A program made the position numbers and the translations under genes. The notes under the pieces are model-generated. The model had not been told where the DNA came from. It searched no databases and was given only the letters and a program-made list of their open reading frames with translations. Below are positions 1 through 12,572 of a stretch of DNA of 64,000 bases, piece after piece (the first letter of the stretch is position 1; each line of letters starts with the position of its first letter). Source of the DNA: Octopus vulgaris. Its lineage: Eukaryota. The stretch lies in contig OX597822.1 of the NCBI GenBank assembly GCA_951406725.2, positions 71,548,001-71,612,000 of the forward strand. Direction: 5' to 3'.

Positions 1-265
1 CATACACAAGATAGAAGGTTGTGATTTGAAGAAGATCTTGATTGCTATTCCGAACATATTGTTACTAGGCAGATGTAACACATTGTTACCATTCTTTGGT
101 TCATACAAATGTGAGGGATTTTGGCTTCAGGATGTTTGTTGATAATTTTGTATTAATATTCTTTTAATTTTGTACTCTTTGATAGATTATCTTGCTGTTG
201 TTGTTCTTGTGTTTAGTCTAAAGTCTGTCAGAAAATCAAATAGTTTTAAATAGTTTTAAATAATA

Positions 266-442
266 GGCGTAGGAGTGGCTGTGTGGTAAGTAGCTTGCTT
301 ACGAACCACATGGTTCCGGGTTCAGTCCCACTGCGTGGCACCTTGGGCAAGTGTCTTTTACTATAGCCTGGGGCAACCAAAGCTTGTGAGTGGATTTGGT
401 AGACAGAAACTGAAAGAAGCCTGTTGTATATATGTATATATG

Positions 443-498
<56 letters not shown>

Positions 499-664
499 TG
501 TATATGTTTGTGTGTCTGTGTTTGTTTCCCCCAACATCGCTTGACAACCAATGCTGGTGTGTTTACCTCCCCGTAACCTAGCGGTTCAGCAAAAGAGATC
601 GATCGAATAAGTACTAGCCTTCCAAAGAATAAGTCCTGGGGTCGATTTGCTCGACTAAAGGCGG
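266..664 (+). mobile_element. tRNA-derived SINE (family A, CORE-like body with internal (TA)/(TG) tract), 3'-truncated
   Basis: Head GGAGTGGCTGTGTGGTAAG...GGTTCAGTCCC (A/B-box-like), then GGCACCTTGGGCAAGTGTC. More than 10 near-identical copies in the window. Confidence 0.85.
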
Positions 665-790
665 CCTGTTCACTGACAAAATTCCGTGCTACATCTCATT
701 TTGTCAGTGAACAGGTCGTGGTCTCAAAGCAACGAAAATATTATGACAAATTGAATTAAAATTGTTCATAATGTATGTGGTTTGTTTATA
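665..790 (+). mobile_element. Fragment of palindromic hammerhead-bearing element (same family as 20266-20619)
   Basis: Inverted repeat CCTGTTCACTGACAAAAT...ATTTTGTCAGTGAACAGG; sequence matches the centre of the 20.4-kb palindrome. Confidence 0.75.
700..750 (+). ncRNA. Minimal hammerhead ribozyme-like motif, G3-C8 core variant
   Basis: TTTGTCA-GTGAACA-G-GTCGT[loop]GCAAC-GAA-AATATT-A-TGACAAA: stem I, core, stem II with one mismatch, palindromic stem III. Confidence 0.55.
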
Positions 791-1252
791 TGCCACTGCG
801 GGATAGTGTCCAGGGAAAGCTCCCTACATGACACCAAATATTAAAGAACACCTGAATGTCACAGTCCAGGCGAGATAACTCACAACGGAATCACCAAGAA
901 TGGTTACATAAGTTCTTTTACTGGTTTCAGCTGGATGATAAGGCCATGCTGGAGTACTGCATTTCATTATTTTGGGATCACCTTTCTGTACTGTTTTTAG
1001 TTCATTGGACGGAACTGCTCTTCTTTGTGTCTCCCGCTGTGATGTGGGTTCAACTGAGATTTCAGATAGAAATTTTCCCAGGTGCATTTTGAAGGTTTCC
1101 ACATCTACACCTTGTAAATCTCTGTTTGGTAGGATGTTAAACAATTGTGGTCCCCTGAACGCCAAACTGTTGCAATACTGGGTCCTTATCTGAGATGCAG
1201 AAAATGGGATCTTTGGTATTATCCAGTGCTGTCCAGTTTGATGGTTGGAATT
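790..1252 (-). mobile_element. 3' end fragment of a CR1/L2-group LINE
   Basis: AFRGPQLFNILPNRDLQGVDVETFKMHLGKFL resembles the post-RT C-terminus of CR1-group ORF2. Confidence 0.7.
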
Positions 1253-1315
1253 CTAATTCCAATATACATATATGTATAAATATTTATATTCATATACATA
1301 TACATACTTACATAC

Positions 1316-1722
1316 ATCCTCATCATTTAATGTCCGTTGTCCATGCTGGCATGAGTTGGATGGTTTGACTGGGCTGGCATGTTGGAAGGCTGCACCAGAC
1401 TCCAGTCTGATTTGGTATGATTTTCTATGACTGGATGCCCTTCCTAATGCCAACCACTCCAAAAGTGTAATGGGTGTTTTTATGTGCCACTGGCACAGGT
1501 GTCATTTGCATGACACTAGGGTGCTTTTACGTGCCACAGACATGAGTGCTATTTTCGTGTAACTGGTATCAGCCATGACTGCAATTTTTCACACCTTGAT
1601 GGGTCTCCTTCTCAAGCACAACATAACACCAAAGGTCTCGGTCATTGTCTCTGTGAGGCCCAACACTCGAAAGGAACTCAGCCACTTTGGCTCTGTGAGA
1701 CCCAAGGTCCAACACTCGAAAT
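1316..1722 (-). mobile_element. Interspersed repeat family B (SINE or LINE tail ending in (GAT)n)
   Basis: CATCATTTAATGTCCGTTGTCCATGCTGGCATG...GGATGCCCTTCCTAATGCCAACCAC; also at ~19.9-20.2k, 23.4k, 23.9k, 24.15k and 54.2k. Confidence 0.7.
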
Positions 1723-1811
1723 ACATATGTGTGTGTGTGTGTATATATATATATATAGAACAATCACTGGTCTGTTACACATATGTAAATAGAATGAAGT
1801 CTATTTGCTGA

Positions 1812-2086
1812 AAAGCGTGGGCTGCTAACCCCAAGATTGCAAGTTCAATTCTTGGCAGTGCCTTGAATAAACAACAATAATAATAACAATGATAATATCA
1901 GCAAAAAAATACTCTAGGAATGAGGACCCAGGGTTGGTTTCAGAATTCTACCAGGACACCTAATGAAGGCTGGAGAGTAAATCAGCCGAAACGTTGTGGT
2001 AACAACAAACCAGAGGAGGACACATATCCATCAAATGTAAATAATGTAAATAATGCACAGAATTTCTCGTCTCTAAAATATAGAAC
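1812..2086 (+). mobile_element. Family C element: tRNA-like head, (AAT)n, hammerhead-like tail (single arm)
   Basis: GGGCTGCTAACCCCAAGATTGCAAGTTCAATTC head; GACAC-CTAATGA-A-GGCTG...CAGCC-GAAACGTTGTG; same sequence as both arms at 16381-16931. Confidence 0.75.
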
Positions 2087-2089
2087 AAC

Positions 2090-2163
2090 ATATACACACA
2101 AACATACATACATACATACATACATACATACATACATACATACATAAATACATACATGCATGC

Positions 2164-2202
<39 letters not shown>

Positions 2203-2447
2203 TATGCATACACATATACACACACACAGACATACACACATGTATGTATATTATGTTTGTGTGTGTTATACTTCCAGAAAGGAAAGAATTTGATTCACAA
2301 CAGTTCAAAATAATTTCTCTATAATTTACGTCAAAGAACTCAGAGGTAAACAGTGCAATCAAACTGTCATTTCATGTTAAGTATAACACATACATAAAAA
2401 AACTGCTTCATAATCAATAAAAGAAGTGTATACATATATATACATAC

Positions 2448-2532
<85 letters not shown>

Positions 2533-2554
2533 CGTATATATATATATATATGTG

Positions 2555-2649
<95 letters not shown>

Positions 2650-2899
2650 TATATATATACGTACATACATACATATATATATGTACATATATGCACATGT
2701 ATATATATATATATATATATTTGCATAGTAAGTATGTAAATATATTGATAAACGAATTGATAACTGAATGAATAATAAGCAGTAAGTAGGTGCCTAATTA
2801 AATCAATAATGATAATTAATAAATTAGAAAGGTTTATAAGTAAATGTAATTTGTAAATGATATATTTTCAAAACATTCCCATAAGCAAACACTGAAGTT

Positions 2900-2948
<49 letters not shown>

Positions 2949-3126
2949 TATATAAGTGTGTATTTGTATGCATGTATGAATGTATGTATGCATATATATG
3001 TGTATGTGTATATATCTGTATGTGTCTGTGTATTTATGTATGTGTATATATGTGTGTGTGCGTGTGTGTGCATGTATGTGTGAGTGCGTTTGTGTATATG
3101 TGTATGTATGTATGTATGTATGTATG

Positions 3127-3161
<35 letters not shown>

Positions 3162-3170
3162 TGCACACAT
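2090..3170. repeat. (TACA)n/(TA)n/(TG)n compound microsatellites
   Basis: Directly visible. Confidence 0.95.
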
Positions 3171-3214
3171 GGCTAGTTTTGTTTTGAAAGATTACTTTTT
3201 TAATATAAAAGACA

Positions 3215-4112
3215 TAGCTTAATGGTTAAGAATATTGCTTTGAAACCACATGGTTCCAGGTTCAATCCCACTGTGTGGCACCATAAGCAAATGTCTTCTC
3301 CAAAAGCCCCAGGATGGCCTGATAGAATAAGTATCAGACATTAAATCAAAAATAAGTACTAGGGGTTAATTTGTTTGAAGAAACCCTTCAAGATGGTGCT
3401 CCAGCATGGCCACAACCCAATGACTGAAACAAGTAAAAGATACAAGATAAGTGTGTGTACATGTTTGCGCGCGCGCGTGTGTGTGTGTATTATTGTGTAC
3501 ATTTTCTTGTACACATGGGTAAAATAGTTTGGCAAGTGTTGATTGTTACAACTTAAATAATAAGGAATTTCTCATGAGAAAGGGAGACATGGATTCAAAC
3601 ATTTCAAACAAGAATCTGTTCTAGAGAAAAACAGCAATCACAAAAAGAATGACCTCAGTGGAATTTGAACTCAGAATGTAAAGACAGACAAAATGCAAGT
3701 AAGCATTTTGCCCAGTGAGCTAACGATTCAGCCAGCTTGCTGTCTTAATTGTAGTGGCTGTGTGGTAAGTAGCTTGCCTACCAACCACATGGTTCCGGTT
3801 TCAGTTCCACTGCATGCCACCAACCAAAGCCTTGCCAGTCGATTTGGTTGACAGAAACTGAAAGAAGCCTATCGTATATATATATATATATATATAAATG
3901 TATGTGTATATGTGTGTTTGTGCCCCCAACATCACTTGACAACTGATGCTGGTGTGTTTACATCCCCATAACTTAGCAGTTCAGCAAAGGAAACTGATAG
4001 AATAAGTTCTAGGCTTACAAAGAATAAGTCCTAGGGTTTATTTGCTTGACTAAAGGCAATGGTCCAGCATGGCCACAGTCAAATGACTGAAACAAGTAAA
4101 AGAATAAAAGAA
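3215..4112 (+). mobile_element. Cluster of degenerate family A SINEs plus a family E fragment (3650-3748, minus strand)
   Basis: Head and tail motifs AACCACATGGTTCC and GCTCCAGCATGGCCACAGTCAAATGACTGAAACAAGTAAAAG. Confidence 0.75.
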
Positions 4113-4382
4113 ATATCATGCTGACTCCATGTGAGGATTATATCAGATGCACATGTGTCTTTGGAATACTAACTCAATGCTAACTCAATGGACAGGTTGT
4201 TCAGTTGACTGTCCAGTTAGGTTCTTATCCTTGAAACCAATAGAGATCTATTATTACATTTTACTGAAGTAACTGATTTTAACAGCAGAACGTCTTTCAA
4301 CCTGCAGACCATGCAGTTTACAAGCAGTGGTAAATTTTTTGACCATCAGGCAAAACTGTTGCAAATAGTGTTATATTCTATA

Positions 4383-5546
4383 TAGGCCTCGAAACCGGTT
4401 TTATATTATGATCAATAAAACCGAAACCGATTTGCCAAAACCGATTTTAAAGCTTGCTGTTTCGGATCTTTTCAATAAAATATGTTTTATGTTACACATT
4501 CTACCAGTATAAGAAGTTTAAAAGTGTTTAGTTACAAATAACTATTTTTTAAATGTGCCGGTCAAAGTGAAAAGATCCGCTGTTTCTTTCTTTTGTTTTT
4601 TTTTCGTAAAACATTTCTCCATTTTTACTTTTCAAGAAATATCATTGAAACTGAACTAACTGAACTGTTGTCAGTCGCCTTTTGTTGAGAGTGCTGTCTG
4701 TTTCATTGAAACATATTGCAACATATCAATTCTCACCTTCTTTCTCCTTGAACCTTAGATCAGCACCTTGTCATCCCCTTCACTAACCCCTGCTGACTCT
4801 TTGAATTTGCAAGTAACTGAGTTTATTCATAGCAAGTCAAGGGGATGCTGTTAGTCTTCAGTCGGGTGATCTTTCCCGTTGAGCATATGTAATAACCAGT
4901 TCCAGATTCATTTCAAGGAAGTAACACTAAATTTTTTGATAAAAAAAGTGAAGAGATCGCTATAACAGATGATAGTGATCGCTATAACAGACGATAGTGA
5001 TCGTCATAACAGACGATAGTGATGATGAAACTGACATAAGCCAACAAGACATACTTTGTCAAACAGATTGTTTTCCCCAGCTAAAACCTGAATTTAATAA
5101 AGTTTTAAATAAGGTAAGAAAAATTTCAAAATTTTTCCATAAATCTCCTACAAAAAATGAAATTTTGCAAGATTTTGTACGAGCGAACTTTGATAACAGA
5201 GAATATAAACTTATACTGGATTGCAGAATTAGGTGGAATAGCACATTCCATATAATTGAGAGATTTTTTAAATTGAAAAGCTGCATTCCAAATGCTCTAC
5301 GAGTAGAACTTTCCACAGATGCCGTCGCTGATGAAGAATAGAAATCTCTCAATTTACTATATGAAATTCTGCACTCAGTAGAAATTATTTTGAAGGCTAT
5401 TTGTGCTGATGATACGGGTTTACTGAAAGCGGAATATTCTATGGAATTTTTATTGAATAAACTTAATATCGTCAGCGAAAACCGGTTTTGAGAATTACTT
5501 ATACTTGAACTCGGTTTTGGGAATTATCGGTTTTTTGCGAGCCCTA
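4383..5546 (+). mobile_element. Internally deleted hAT DNA transposon
   Basis: TIRs TAGGCCTCG / CGAGCCCTA, subterminal AAACCG repeats, perfect 8-bp TSD ATTCTATA (4375-4382, 5547-5554). Confidence 0.92.
4997..5470 (+). pseudogene. hAT transposase fragment
   Basis: KVRKISKFFHKSPTKNEILQ...LILDCRIRWNSTFHIIERF contains the hAT (T)RWNS motif; in-frame stop at 5339-5341. Confidence 0.85.
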
Positions 5547-5593
5547 ATTCTATATCTAAGAGCAGCTGTTCTCAACTGGTAAGTAGCTTACTT

Positions 5594-6894
5594 TATTTCA
5601 TATAATTTGCCACAAGGGCATTACACAGATGGCAGCTTTGCGGGCTGGACATTTACATTAATGGTATGAATGATGGTGATGCAAAACTAATGATGATGGG
5701 AGAAGACGAAAAGTGCCCGCCGACTTTCGCTTCTCTAAAACAAGATTCTTTTTTCTTTATTTTCAAAATATCAATTTGAGGTTTCAAGCCTCTTACAAGA
5801 AGGAGGCACTAAAACCTCTTACAAGTTACTTTCTTTCATTTAATTTGCCACAAGGGCAGCACATAGATTTACAACAATTCACCTTGTCAGGTCCCCCAAG
5901 CAAAGTGACTTGCCACTTGCAGACAACTCTGCAACGACAAGTCGGGGCCTGCAAAGAGGAAAGCAAATTCTTTCTTGTCAAATGTCGCTGTGACCTTTGA
6001 CAAAATGTTTTCCGTTACTACCTCCGCAGCCACCTACGGAGGCCATAACGGACTACTTGAGCAGACCGTGTCCATACGTTCTTGGTCACCCAAGCTGTCC
6101 AAAAATTTTTTCACCTTCCCTCCCTCATGGTAAAGGAGGATAAACACCTCCTCTTCACAGGAAGGGACCTCACACTGATCCGTCAGTGGCACACTTCCCA
6201 CTGACGGAGCCCTATCCGCAGGTGGCACACATCCCACCTGTGGCGGCCTAGGAGCATCTGCCGACCGTCCTCTGCTCCTCTTTTTCCTCTTTCTCTTTGA
6301 GGCTGCGGGAGCAGGGGGCTGCGTCGACAGACATGGGGGGTCGCTACCCTCCTCCACCTCCTGTACATTCTTTGGTGAGCAACCATTGTTGCTCGCCTTT
6401 CTTTTTCTTTTCGTGGAGGCAACTTCCTCCACGACTTCCACCGTCTCCCCCTCCAATGAAGGGGCGGTGGGCACTTTCTCTTTTTCATGCTGCAGGACCT
6501 TACCACGGCCCTTGGTACAGTTTTTCCTGATATGTCCAGGCTCCAGACACAGGTGACACTTGGGGGGGGGCGTCCCTCAAGCATCACCGGATACCTAGAC
6601 CCGGCCATCCTCAAAAAATCTGGAAAGACCAGACTTTCGGCTGATTGGGTCCATAGGGTCAAAGCAGCTTTTGACCCCTCCCAATCAGCCACAGGCAACA
6701 CTTTCACATTAAGCAGATTGGTACTGCTACCATCCAGACCCCGGCGGATAGAGTCCTCTATCCACTCAGGCTCAACTCTAGGTGGCAAACCGCAGATCCA
6801 AGCTTTCAATAATTTCTTTCCACAGTAGCTTGGAAGAAACATTTCTTCGCCCTCGAGGGGCTGACTTGCAAAATCGCAAGCTTCTTGGGGGAAG
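5594..6894 (-). mobile_element. ORF1-only (HAL1-like) Tx1/L1-group retroelement with 17-bp TSD
   Basis: Flanked by TGGTAAGTAGCTTACTT (5577-5593, 6895-6911). Gag-like knuckle KCHLCLEPGHIRKNC (CX2CX4HX4C) at ~6516-6560 after a frameshift in a G-run, then a Lys/Arg-rich region. No EN or RT before the AATAAA-type end. Confidence 0.7.
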
Positions 6895-7116
6895 TGGTAA
6901 GTAGCTTACTTACCAACCACATGGTTCTTGAGCATTGTTCCTTCCTCTTTTGAATAATTTAAGCACATACACACACACACACACTCTCACGGACACACGC
7001 GCACACACATCTATACATGAGTTCAAATGATAAATATCATCATTCAATTTCACTACAGAGTTTTACCAAAAACTCAATTACAGATATTTTTTTATTGCCA
7101 AACAAAACTATTTAAA

Positions 7117-7512
7117 GGTGCAGGAGTGGCTGTGCGGTAAGTAGCTTGCTTACAAACCACATGTTTCTGGGTTTAGTCTCACTGCGTGGCACCTTGGGCA
7201 AGTGCCTTCTACTATAGCCTCGGGCCGACCAAAGCCTTGTGAGTGGATTTGGTAGATGGAAATTGAAAGAAGCCCATCGTATATATGTATGTGTGTGTAT
7301 ATGTTTGTGTGTCTGTGTTTGTCCCCCCAGCATCGCTTGATAACCAATGCTGGTGTGTTTATTTCCCCGTAACTTAGCGGATCAGCAAAAGAGACCGATA
7401 GAACAAGGACTAGGCTTACAAAGAATAAGTCCTGGGGTTGATTTGCTCGACTAAAGGTGGTGCTCCGGCATGGCTGCACTCAAATGACTGAAACAAGTAA
7501 AAGAGTAAAAAA
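7117..7512 (+). mobile_element. Full-length family A SINE
   Basis: Complete head to tail GACTGAAACAAGTAAAAGAGTAAAA. Confidence 0.9.
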
Positions 7513-8544
7513 GTAAACAAGTATGGCTTTACACAATTAAATTTCCATCATTCTGCATATTTTTTTTTTTACCAAAGTAATTAATGTCCAGATAAATTTA
7601 TCCAAATTTCTTTCTTACTGTGGGCATGTGCCACCGGTGCTGATTCGAAAAATTTTTTTTTGTGTCATATCCTCAAAACTTTTTATTTACTTATATATTT
7701 ATTTATTGTTACATTTTGCTTTTGCAATATATTTCATGTTAAAAATGCGAATAATACATGATATGTGCTTTTGCTGGGTTTCCTCTTTAAATGAAGAATA
7801 ATATTAATATGTGAATGTATAAAAATAATAAATATTAAAGTCTGCTTGATTCTATTAATTTCTGCAAGAGAGCAATGTCTGTTAGTAGAAAATTAAATAA
7901 TCTTTCTTGGTGTGTTATTTAATAATAGAAAACCATTTGGTTTAGTAGTGAGGAAAGATATTGATAAATTCTTGCCTAGAATATATCATACAGCTGCTGG
8001 GGGTATATTTTTGCATAACGTTATTAAAATCTTTGGTGCTGCTAAAAAAAAAAAAGATAAAATAAAAATAAAAAAAAAGACTATTTAGTCTAGGTAAAAT
8101 GTTTTACATAAATCAAATACAGTCTGATCATAAAATAGATGAAAGAGCTCACAAAGACATCTAAAAAAATAGTACACTACATGCATTAATTGCAATACTA
8201 ACTCCAACTCTTATACTATGAAATGAATATAATAGAACAACATATTATACACAATAAGTCTGATGCAAGCCAAACGACAAACTATAATAAAATAATCTAC
8301 TACGAAAAAGAAACCAATATGGTATAATATTTTTCATGTCTACTTGACAAGTGACTAAATATAGCCAATGGCTATATATAGCCTATGCTGTGTTAGTCTA
8401 TGTGAGATTTGCTTAGTAGAGTCTTTTCATGTACCTGGGGAGAGAGAGTGAGTGAGAGAGACAGGGGGCAGAGAAAGGGACAGACAGACAGACTGAGAGA
8501 GTTGGGGAAGAAGCATAAACAATTTTACATTTCTTTTTTTTTTA

Positions 8545-8860
8545 ATCTTTTACTTGCTTCAGTCATTGGACTGCGGCCATGCTGGGGCATTGCCTTGAGG
8601 AATTTTTAGTCAAAGGAATTGACCCCCTCCCCACCTACTGCCCCAGTACTTTTTTTTTTCTAAGCCTGGTACTTATTCTATCAGACTCTTTGGCCAGACT
8701 GCTAAGTTGTGGGAACATAAATGAATACACCAGCACTGGTTGTCAAGTGGTGGGGCTGGTGTGTGTGTGTGTGTGAGGAGGGATACAAACAGAAATGCAA
8801 AGACACACTCACAGATATATACATACATTATGTGTGTGTATATATACATATATGTGTGTA

Positions 8861-8899
<39 letters not shown>

Positions 8900-9315
8900 C
8901 ATTATTATTATTTTATATTTTACAATATTTTATATAATATATTCATTGAAGAAATATCTTTTCAAAATATAATATATTAAACCAGTGTATCTTGGATAAA
9001 ATATCCCTATAAGAGGTTTAAGCATCCTCATTGTGACTACACATGCACTCCCCCCCACACACACACATATCTTCATATATTTATCTATATATATATGTAT
9101 GTATATATGCATACACATATCTATCTATCAATCTAGCTATCTATATATCTGTCTATACATATATATTTGCGTGTGTGTATAAAACGGGCATGTTTCAGTT
9201 TCCGTTTGCCAAAATCCATTCATAAGGCTTTGGTCAACCCAAGGCTAAAGTAGAATAAACTTGCCCAGGGTACCGCACAGTAGGACTGAACCCAGAATCA
9301 TGTGATTGGGAAGAC
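8545..9315 (-). mobile_element. Degenerate family A SINE split by microsatellite/AT-rich sequence
   Basis: Tail at 8545-8800 and head half at 9185-9315. Confidence 0.65.
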
Positions 9316-9996
9316 CCTGTTGCTAACAGTAAGGTTTTCTTGCTAAAACAAAATTTTCAAAAATCCTATAAAAATACACAAACAATCTTGGAAATGTTTC
9401 ACATTTATTTTGCAAGTCCTGTCTTGAACAACTTAAGTAAATGGCAAAGAACATCAATGTCATCTCCATAACAGTTGCATGCATGCAAGGAAATGGTTAA
9501 CAGAATGCATCATTCACAATAGTCTATGTTAATGTATGGCCTGGGCACTCTTAGACATTTTTGGCATTCTGTTACTATTTGCAAACCTATTTTTCCATGT
9601 AATATATAAAACACTTGACAAATCTTTGGAAACGTGTTGAAAACAGTGAAATATGCTGCAAGCATCACAATGTTTCAAGTTCTATTTTCAGCTTGCTTCC
9701 GCTAACAAATCAATGTATTTCACATCCTCATGTAACAAAAGAAGCTGACCCATATGACAGGTTACATACGTAGTCATTCAATGTGTTCAATATAGCAGCC
9801 ATATTTTTCTCAAATTATTATTTTTTTATGGTTTAATCAGAAGGAAACAAGCTGTAATCATGACCTTTTGCTGGCTCTCTGCAATTAATGGGAAGAAGGG
9901 CAACAGTTGTCTAAAGGTGGTGCTCCAGCATGGCTGCAGTCAAATGACTGAAACAAGTAAAAGAGTAAAAGAGATAGGAGACTTGACCAAAATACT

Positions 9997-10452
9997 TTAA
10001 CCCATTACCAATCAAGTTATTCTGTTAAATGTAAAGCTTTTATTTATTCACATCGGTTTTAATTAGTCATAAATTATCAAATATATTCAAATGTTTGAAG
10101 ATGTGGTAGTTTATTTTTAGAAAGTCATTGTAGAGTATGTGTGAAAGGCCAAATTCAACCTGTCTGAACATAAAACAAGTTGAACTTTTGGGGCCAGACA
10201 TGGCACGTTTCAAGGTTAAAGAGTTAACCCTTTTTCATGCCAACATGTCTGAGATCATTCCTGGTTTTATGACACAAGCTTCCAGTTTTAAAGAGATCTA
10301 AATTAAAACTTACCATCAAAATTTTCTATGTTAATTTGTTCTATGTGTCAGTTTAATAACGACAAAGTCATTTAAGTAATCTTCATTATTTTAAAAATTA
10401 AATTGAAACTAAGCACATTTCAACAGAAATATGGTAACAAAAAAAAGATTAA
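9997..10452. mobile_element. Two adjacent piggyBac-like MITEs sharing TTAA at 10224-10227
   Basis: TTAACCC...GAGTTAA then TTAACCCT...GATTAA; same two families at 52645, 58291, 58490 and 62656. Confidence 0.7.
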
Positions 10453-10611
10453 ATGCATAAGACAAAATACATTACTGTATGTGTTTCTAATGTTTGTGGT
10501 CTGAGTTCACATCCCATTGAGATTAATTTTGCCTTCTATATTTCTAGAGCTGATAAAACCAAATGCTAGTTGAGAATAGCAGATGAAATGCCTTGAAATA
10601 TTTGTTGTTTA

Positions 10612-10830
10612 AGGTGGCAAGCTTGCAGAATCATTAGCACATTGGCCAAAATGCTTAGTAGAATTTCATCTGTCTCTACATTTTGAGTTCAAATTCTGCT
10701 GAGGTCATCTTTGCCTTTTATTCTTTTTTCAGGGTCGATAAATAAATACCAGCTGAACACTGGGGTGAATGTAATTGAGTTAATGCCTCCTCCAAAGTTG
10801 CTGGCCTTATGCCAAAAATTTGAAGCTAAT
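10612..10830 (+). mobile_element. Family E SINE (tRNA head plus Nin/Deu-like central domain)
   Basis: GGTGGCAAGCTTGCAGAATCATTAGCAC...GAGTTCAAATTC...CTTTGCCTTT...GGGTCGATAAAT. Confidence 0.75.
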
Positions 10831-11453
10831 ATATGTTCTATATATCGCTGGTAAGGATATGAATAATTGCTGTCTGTAGTGGTTGGGTATCCATCATTGA
10901 CAAGACCAAACAAGATTGAAATCACATGATCTGGTAGTCTTGTCACTGTAGGTAAAGAGGATTTATCTCCCTGCAAGTGACACAAACAAGAGTGCATTTT
11001 ACACCAAAAAGTCAATACAAGAGTTTCTCTCATGGTAACTACCGTGGTAAAGTTGGAGTTAGAATGTTATTCAGATCAGATAGGAAACTTCAAAATAAAT
11101 AAAATTAATTGGACTATTATATTTGCCTATTTAAAGAGCTGACAATATTTGTAGGTTAGCATTTGATTGGTTACATTTATGGCATGGATATGCTCGAAGA
11201 AAGTTAACTGGAAATACAAAAAAACTACAAGAGCAATAATCAGAATATAAATAAAGCAATACACAACTTTATGTGTTTGTGTATTTCTGTATTTGTCTTG
11301 TAATTAGATTACTTAATCTTTGTAAAAGGTTACACCTACAAAAACCATTATGTTAGCATTTGTAGTCTTTGTTACATGCTTACAGAGACATATACATACA
11401 GTAATGGTACACTAATGAGTAGGTGTTTCATTATCTAAAGTATATAGTAAGGT

Positions 11454-11984
11454 GTGGAGGCATCTGACTTAGTGGTTAGGGTGTCAGCATCATGATCATA
11501 AGATTATGGTTTCGATTCCTGGACTGGGCGACGCGTTGTGTTCTTGAGCAAAACACTTCATTTCACGTTGCTCCAGTCCACTCAGCTGGCAAAAATGAGT
11601 AACGCTGCGATGAACTGGCATCCCATCAAGCTGGGGAACATATATGTCATTGAAACCGGGAAACTGGGCCCATGAGCCTGGCTTGACCTTAAAAGTGCAC
11701 ATTTATTTATTTATTATTATTATTATATCTTCTTCTCGTGCCCTTTTAAAGCCTAGCTAGGCTCATGGGCCCGGTTTCCTGGCTTCAGTGGCATATATGT
11801 TCCCCAGTTGGACGGGACGCCAGTCCATCGCAGCATTACTCATTTTTGCCAGCTGAGTGAACTGGAGCAACGTGAAATGAAGTGTTTTGCTCAAGAACAC
11901 AACGCGTCGTCCAGTCCAGGAATCGAAACCACAATCTTATGATCATGATGCTGACACCCTAACCACTAAGCCACGTGCCTCCAC
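11454..11984. mobile_element. Tail-to-tail inverted pair of family F SINEs (V-SINE-like domain)
   Basis: 11454-11700 (+) and ~11738-11984 (-); tRNA-like head TAGTGGTTAGGG...GGTTTCGATTCC; GCGATG(A/G)ACTGGC motif; outer direct repeat TATATAGTAAGGT. Confidence 0.85.
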
Positions 11985-12529
11985 ATTATAATTATATAGT
12001 AAGGTATATTTCATGATGAGCAAATTACGTTACAATACATTTCACATATATATACATATAAGTGCATGTGTGCCGCTGTATGTGTATGTGTGTGTGTGAG
12101 TGTGTGTGTATGCATGTGTGTGTTTGGTGGTGTGGCTAAGAAGTTTGCTTCATAACCATGGGGTTTTGAGTTCAGTCCTCCTACATGGCACCTTTTGGCA
12201 AATACCTTCTACCATAGAATAAAGGGTTGTGAGTGGATCTAGTTGACGGAAATTGAAAGAAACCTGCATGTATTATGTGTGTGTGTGCATGCGTGTATGC
12301 ATGTGTGCCTCTGTGTGTGAAGGTGTGCGTCTGTGTCTGTGTGTGTGAGAGTGTGTGTGTGAATGTGTGTGTGTATAGGTGTTTGTATATCCTTTTTTTA
12401 ACATTATGTGGTCGTTGTAAACAAATGTTACCATCATGCAACCTTCCATGAAAATATGTACAGCATGTGTGTTCAAAGGACTAGGGAAAATATTCCCCTT
12501 CCTAAAAACAGGTTAATTCATAGATAATG

Positions 12530-12561
<32 letters not shown>

Positions 12562-12572
12562 TGGTATATATT

